From NCBI GenBank assembly GCA_000993405.1, contig LBWB01000009.1, positions 13,848 through 77,847 of the forward strand: DNA of 64,000 nt, read 5' to 3'. The DNA comes from Candidatus Woesebacteria bacterium GW2011_GWB1_39_12. GTDB taxonomy: Bacteria; Patescibacteriota; Microgenomatia; UBA8517. This document shows, piece by piece, positions 59,557-64,000 of this stretch (positions within the stretch are counted from its first letter, which is position 1; every line of letters starts with the position of its first letter). The position numbers were made by a program, and so were the translations under genes. The notes under the pieces were generated by a model. That model saw only the letters and a program-made list of their open reading frames with translations, had not been told where the DNA came from and did no database searches.

Positions 59557-59976
59557 TCAAACTCTTTCTCTGATTTTTCCAGAAATTTCTTTCATCTCTT
59601 CCTCACTTATTTGTTTTTTGGGAATTTCAGGCGGAATAATATCCAGTTCCCCTCTCACATTACTCGTGCCTACTTCAGTCATGCGAGGCAGAATATGGAT
59701 ATGAGCGTGAGGAACCGCTCCATACGTGTAGTAATTCACATAAACTGGGTTTAGTGTTTTTTGCATAGCTCTGGTTATTTTTAATACTCTCATCCAATAC
59801 TCATCAAATTTCGGCACGTCATATATCCAGCGATAATGCTTTTTAGGAATTAGTAACGTGTGTCCTTTTACAGCTGGAGCTGTATCCAAGAATGCCATAT
59901 ATTCCTCATCTTCATAGACTTTGTAGCAAGGAATTTCGCCTCTGACTATTTTGCAAAATACGCAAAGTGATTTCAT
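59557..59976 (-). CDS. HIT family protein
   Basis: CVFCKIV, GHTLLIPKKH, VPHAHIHILPR. Confidence 0.93.
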   Translation of the reverse strand: MKSLCVFCKIVRGEIPCYKVYEDEEYMAFLDTAPAVKGHTLLIPKKHYRWIYDVPKFDEYWMRVLKITRAMQKTLNPVYVNYYTYGAVPHAHIHILPRMTEVGTSNVRGELDIIPPEIPKKQISEEEMKEISGKIRERV

Positions 59977-60293
59977 GCTGCTCGTTCTGGTGTAATATCG
60001 GCCAAGAAGTGAATCTGCATGTGCGGAATCGAGGCAGCGTCTCCTGAATTATGAATCAAACGAAATCCTTTTGCGCTTCTATCTCGTGCAATTAAGACCG
60101 CTACATCTTTTATTTCCTTCCAAACTTTATCATCAACTTCACCCAAATCCTTAATGTGTTTTTTGGGAACAATGAGAAGATGGATTGCGGCTTGAGGATT
60201 TATGTCGCGAAAAACTACAAGATTATCAGTCTCTTTTTCAAGCTTAGTGTCCGTTTTTCCTTGTACAATCTGACAAAATACGCAATCTTCCAT
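59973..60293 (-). CDS. HIT family protein (HinT-like, triad HxQxH)
   Basis: DCVFCQI, FRDINPQA, IPHMQIH. Confidence 0.9.
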   Translation of the reverse strand: MEDCVFCQIVQGKTDTKLEKETDNLVVFRDINPQAAIHLLIVPKKHIKDLGEVDDKVWKEIKDVAVLIARDRSAKGFRLIHNSGDAASIPHMQIHFLADITPERAA

Positions 60294-60373
60294 AGTTCTT
60301 TCTCCTTTCTCCTTTTATCCTTCACCCTTTACCTTTAATTAAATATACCAATTTGTGAAAATTCTTACAAGAC

Positions 60374-61363
60374 CTAAAGAAGAGAAATTATGGCTTTGGC
60401 TAATATTTCCGGGTCGTGGCGAACGAGACTCCGAGTGAGCTTATCAGCACTATGTTTTTTATAAATTTCCGAATAGACAAAATTATCTCTTATAACTTTT
60501 ACTCCTTTTAGGCTCTTCAAATCATCCTCTACCGGTTCAGCATTCGTCTTCTTATACCATTTAAGGGCTTTAGCCGGAATCTTTCCGTCATTCACCAAAA
60601 GATAATCAATGGCATCTTTCCCAAGATATTTTTGCATTTCGGCCAAGAAATCTGATGTTTTAAATCCATTTGTTTGGCCAAAACGCGTCATAAGGTTAAC
60701 TATATAAGCAACTTTTCCTTTCGACGACTTTACGGCTTCTTTTATTCCGGAAACAACAATATTAGGCAAAATACTCGTGTAAAGATCTCCGGGGCCTAAT
60801 ACTATTAAATCTGCCTCCTTAATTTTCTTTACTGCTTTTTTATTTGCAGAAGCTTCCGGAAAAACCGAAAGTTCAACAATTCTCCTTTTACTCAAATCCT
60901 CATCAGGCTCATCAATTGCATGTTCTCCTAAAATCTGTCTTCCGTTATCGTAAACAGCAACAAGATTCGTATTATCATAGGTAATCGGAATAATTTCCCC
61001 TTTTACATCCAGAAATTCGCAGGTCTTTTCGATTGCTTTTTCCTGTGATCCGTAAATATCTGTAAGTGCAGCCATAAAAAGATTTCCGAAAGTCATGCCC
61101 GTAATTCCGGTTCCGGCGTTGTAACGGTAAGTGAAAAGTTTCCTTAAAATATCCCTGGGTCTTTCTTCAGAGAGTGCAACGATACACTGACGAATATCAG
61201 AAGTCGGAAGAAGTCCGAACTCGTCTCTTATCACACGATTGCTTCCTCCCGAATCCATCATTGAAACGATAACAGAAAGATCAACCGGATATTTTTTTAG
61301 ACCAATTAAAACTGTATAGGTTCCCGTACCTCCACCAACAACAACGATCTTCTTCCTTTTCAT
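60374..61363 (-). CDS. yvcK: YvcK/GlmR (CofD-like) protein
   Basis: GGGTG, DSGGS, LGPGDLYTSILPN, RHD. Confidence 0.93.
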   Translation of the reverse strand: MKRKKIVVVGGGTGTYTVLIGLKKYPVDLSVIVSMMDSGGSNRVIRDEFGLLPTSDIRQCIVALSEERPRDILRKLFTYRYNAGTGITGMTFGNLFMAALTDIYGSQEKAIEKTCEFLDVKGEIIPITYDNTNLVAVYDNGRQILGEHAIDEPDEDLSKRRIVELSVFPEASANKKAVKKIKEADLIVLGPGDLYTSILPNIVVSGIKEAVKSSKGKVAYIVNLMTRFGQTNGFKTSDFLAEMQKYLGKDAIDYLLVNDGKIPAKALKWYKKTNAEPVEDDLKSLKGVKVIRDNFVYSEIYKKHSADKLTRSLVRHDPEILAKAIISLL

Positions 61364-61379
61364 TTAGAAAGTTTTTTTA

Positions 61380-61446
61380 CATCTCATTTCAAAACCTTGA
61401 AATGAGATGCTATAAGCTGTCGCCAAAGGCGACTCAAAACCGAGCC
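61380..61446. repeat. palindromic element related to 1119-1200
   Basis: catctcatttcaa/ttgaaatgagatg hairpin plus gtcgcc/ggcgac hairpin. Confidence 0.6.
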
Positions 61447-62717
61447 TACAGACGAGATTTTGTAATAGCTTCTATCACTTGATCGATTGTGAGAAGCTCG
61501 GTTTTTTCGGAAGCCCTGCTTTTCCACTCAATTTTATCTTTAGTTTTTTCTGAAGTTACCAATCTCACAGGAATACCTATAAGATCCGCATCTGCGAACT
61601 TCTCTCCGGCTCCAACATTTCTATCATCCCACAGAGCTTCAATACCCGAATCCTCTAATTTCTGGTAAATCTCCTTTGCTCTTTGGCCTTTGTCGTTTGT
61701 CCTGATGTCCAATAAATGGACATCAAAAGGAGCAATGGTCTTATTCCATATTATTCCCCGCTCATCATGGCTAACCTCAACCCATGTACCCATTACCCTT
61801 GTTGAGCCAATGCCGTAAGAACCAAACCAGACAGGTTTTCTCATTCCCTTTTCATCGGTATAGTAAACCCTCATTCTCTCAGAATAATATGTTCCGAAAG
61901 GGAAAATATTACCTACTTCAATCGATTTGGATTGCCTGATCGAACCTTTCTTACAAACCGGGCACGTAATTACCCCTCCGGGCCCGAGGCCCTCCGGGCC
62001 GGGGGCTTTAAAAATTTCTTGATTTTGTGCAAAGTCGCATTTTTCGCAATAGTAAATTGTGTCTTCTCCTCCTTCTGCTAAAACTTGGAACTCATGAGTA
62101 TTATTGTCCGTAAATACGCCCCCTGCTGCCTCTGTAATTTTGAAATCAAAACCTAATCGCTTAAATACCCGGCAGTAAGCTTTCTTTACTTCCTCGTAAT
62201 ATTTCCAAAAATCCTCTTCTCCCGCGTGAATAGAATATAAATCCTTCATCATAAATTCCCGTCCCCTTAAGATTCCAGACCGAGCTCTTGGCTCATTCCT
62301 GAACTTCGTTGAAAAATGATAAAGTGCCAAAGGCAAATCCTGATAGCTTGTTATGTGTTTTCTTACCAAATCCAAAACTATTTCCTCATGAGTGAAACCT
62401 AGTCCCAAGTCCTTATTCCGACTGTCTTTAAGTTGATACATTATTTCGCGAGCGGTGTCCCATCTTCCGGTTTCTTGCCAAACTTCTTTGGGATGCATCA
62501 AAGGCATTAATATCTCCTGAGCTCCGGTTGAATTCATCTCTTCTCTTATAATTTGATTTATTTTATTAACCACTCGCCATCCCATTGGAAGAAGAGTCCA
62601 GCTCCCGGCCATCAGTTGATCGATAAATCCTGCGCGGACCAGAAGTTTATGATTAATGCTTTCCGCGTCTTTAGGAGCTTCTTTTTTTGTTTTTGGAAAA
62701 AGTGACGATTGTCTCAT
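61446..62717 (-). CDS. proS: proline--tRNA ligase (short, no editing domain)
   Basis: MRQS, LLVRAGFI, THEE, KFRNEPR, REFMMKDLYS, IEVGNIF, YGIG. Confidence 0.97.
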   Translation of the reverse strand: MRQSSLFPKTKKEAPKDAESINHKLLVRAGFIDQLMAGSWTLLPMGWRVVNKINQIIREEMNSTGAQEILMPLMHPKEVWQETGRWDTAREIMYQLKDSRNKDLGLGFTHEEIVLDLVRKHITSYQDLPLALYHFSTKFRNEPRARSGILRGREFMMKDLYSIHAGEEDFWKYYEEVKKAYCRVFKRLGFDFKITEAAGGVFTDNNTHEFQVLAEGGEDTIYYCEKCDFAQNQEIFKAPGPEGLGPGGVITCPVCKKGSIRQSKSIEVGNIFPFGTYYSERMRVYYTDEKGMRKPVWFGSYGIGSTRVMGTWVEVSHDERGIIWNKTIAPFDVHLLDIRTNDKGQRAKEIYQKLEDSGIEALWDDRNVGAGEKFADADLIGIPVRLVTSEKTKDKIEWKSRASEKTELLTIDQVIEAITKSRL

Positions 62718-62720
62718 AAG

Positions 62721-63054
62721 CGTCATCCTGAATTCATTTCAGGATCTCTGGATATAAATCCCTGAATCCAGGATTTATTGATTTTACCAAATTTAACTTC
62801 CACTCTCTATGCCAATTTTTCATTTGCTTCTCCCTCTTAATTGCCTCACTTGGAGTATCGAATATTTCATAAAACAACAGTTTATGAATTTTGTATTTCT
62901 TTGTAAATCCTTCAACAAAACCGTTTTTATGCTGATAAACTCGTTTTACTAAATTTGAAGTTGTCCCAATATAAAGCGTAAGTCTGTTGCTACCCAAAAT
63001 GTAGACAAAATATTTTTTCTCCACTTTAAGATGCTGAAACTAGTTCAGCATGAC
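62721..63054. mobile_element. REP-flanked GIY-YIG element
   Basis: Ends cgtcatcctgaattcatttcaggatct and agatgctgaaactagttcagcatgac, inverted to each other. Confidence 0.75.
62734..63024 (-). CDS. GIY-YIG nuclease (small YhbQ/SLX1-like)
   Basis: FVYIL...LYIG...RVYQHK...AIKREKQMK. Confidence 0.93.
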   Translation of the reverse strand: MEKKYFVYILGSNRLTLYIGTTSNLVKRVYQHKNGFVEGFTKKYKIHKLLFYEIFDTPSEAIKREKQMKNWHREWKLNLVKSINPGFRDLYPEILK

Positions 63055-63064
63055 AAAATGAGTA

Positions 63065-64000
63065 TTATTTAAAAACCGATTCGATATAGCCCGAAATTCC
63101 TCCGCCTAAAATAAGCTTTTGAATATCGCTTGCCGTTATCGCAAGTATTAGTAAAATTAGAATTATCATTCCAACCGTATGAATTGTAGCTTCAACTTTT
63201 GGAACAATTCTCTTGCCAAAAAAGGATTCAATCACAACAAAAAGAAGTCTTCCTCCATCCAGTGCCGGAAAAGGAATCACATTTAGAATCGCCAAATTAA
63301 CCGACAGAATTCCTATAAAATTAATTAAAGGCAAAATGCCAAATTTTGCCGCCTCGCTGGTTAGTGCAAAAATTCCAACCGGTCCTGCAATGTCTTTGGG
63401 AACGACGCCTCCGAAAAGATCTCTAAAAAGCTTTATAAATCCTCCAATAACAATCCCTGACCAAAAAATGCTTTCCTTAAAACCGTAGTAAATTCCAATA
63501 AAAGGCCTCTGCCATATCGGCGGAAAATAAATTTCCGTTGTCGAGATTAAAACTCCCAGTGCTCCCTCCCCTTCCGGAGGATTTTCGCGGGGAATCACCT
63601 TTGTCTCAAATATTTTATCGCCTCTTTGGACATCTAAGGTAATCTCTCTTCCCTTATTTGCATCAACAGTTTGTATCAAGACGGCATTTGAAGTAATTTC
63701 GACTCCGTCGATTTTTCTTACTATATCATCTATCGTTAAACCCGAAGAAGCTGCAGGAGAATCCTCTCTAATCTCAACTACTTTTACATTCTCTGTTTCT
63801 TTTGGAATTCCGGTAAAAGAATAAACAAGCGAAAATGCCGTTATTGCTAAAATAAAATTCATTACAACACCTGCTAAAATTATTACCGCCCTTACCCGTT
63901 TATTTTTATTAAGAAATGCCTTTGAGGTGTCAGTTACCGTATCTTCCGTGGTTTCTCCGTGAAGTTTGACAAATCCCCCAAAAGGTAACAGGTTAAGGGA
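63065..64000 (-). CDS. rseP: RseP/RasP M50 site-2 protease, 3' part (start outside window)
   Basis: LLPFGGFVKLHGE, AGVVMN, PDZ, NVIPFPALDGG; frame open to the window edge. Confidence 0.95.
   Translation of the reverse strand, partial: SLNLLPFGGFVKLHGETTEDTVTDTSKAFLNKNKRVRAVIILAGVVMNFILAITAFSLVYSFTGIPKETENVKVVEIREDSPAASSGLTIDDIVRKIDGVEITSNAVLIQTVDANKGREITLDVQRGDKIFETKVIPRENPPEGEGALGVLISTTEIYFPPIWQRPFIGIYYGFKESIFWSGIVIGGFIKLFRDLFGGVVPKDIAGPVGIFALTSEAAKFGILPLINFIGILSVNLAILNVIPFPALDGGRLLFVVIESFFGKRIVPKVEATIHTVGMIILILLILAITASDIQKLILGGGISGYIESVFK

Overview
This window is bacterial chromosome, AT-rich and gene-dense, read with standard code 11. Gene content and style (shortened RF1 and YchF, mostly leaderless genes, type IV pilus cluster, no biosynthetic pathways) suggest a Patescibacteria/CPR genome of Microgenomates type; that assignment is inference. 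The core scaffold is dnaB', hisS, rpmE, prfA, htrA, ctpA, rpsR-ssb-rpsF, ychF, FKBP, an OmpR-type two-component system with a MacAB-like exporter, a T4P cluster with pilC/pilB, an HK plus 3 receivers, cysS, recR-ybaB-dnaX, ybeY, yqeY, yvcK, proS and rseP'. Single-gene accessory modules and several small repeat families interrupt this scaffold. Most striking: between the receiver operon and pilB (38.9-47.6 kb) lies an integrase-less array of about 11 one- or two-gene cassettes. Nearly every junction carries one of two short co-oriented motifs (GGAGGAAATGGGTT x6; GGAGYYAATTTGAAGACAAAT x5 plus 1 deleted copy), often flush against a stop codon. Related insertion scars occur at prfA (duplicated alternative C-terminus), ychF (duplicated N-terminus) and an orphan R-M tail. 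Other highlights: a repeat-flanked GxxExxY nuclease fused in frame as the leader of a prepilin; a REP-flanked GIY-YIG gene with a 53-bp empty copy; and a six-promoter TCTCAG direct-repeat regulon (htrA, TCS, efflux). No rRNA, intact tRNA, CRISPR or integrase was seen. All calls come from reading the sequence; no database searches were run.
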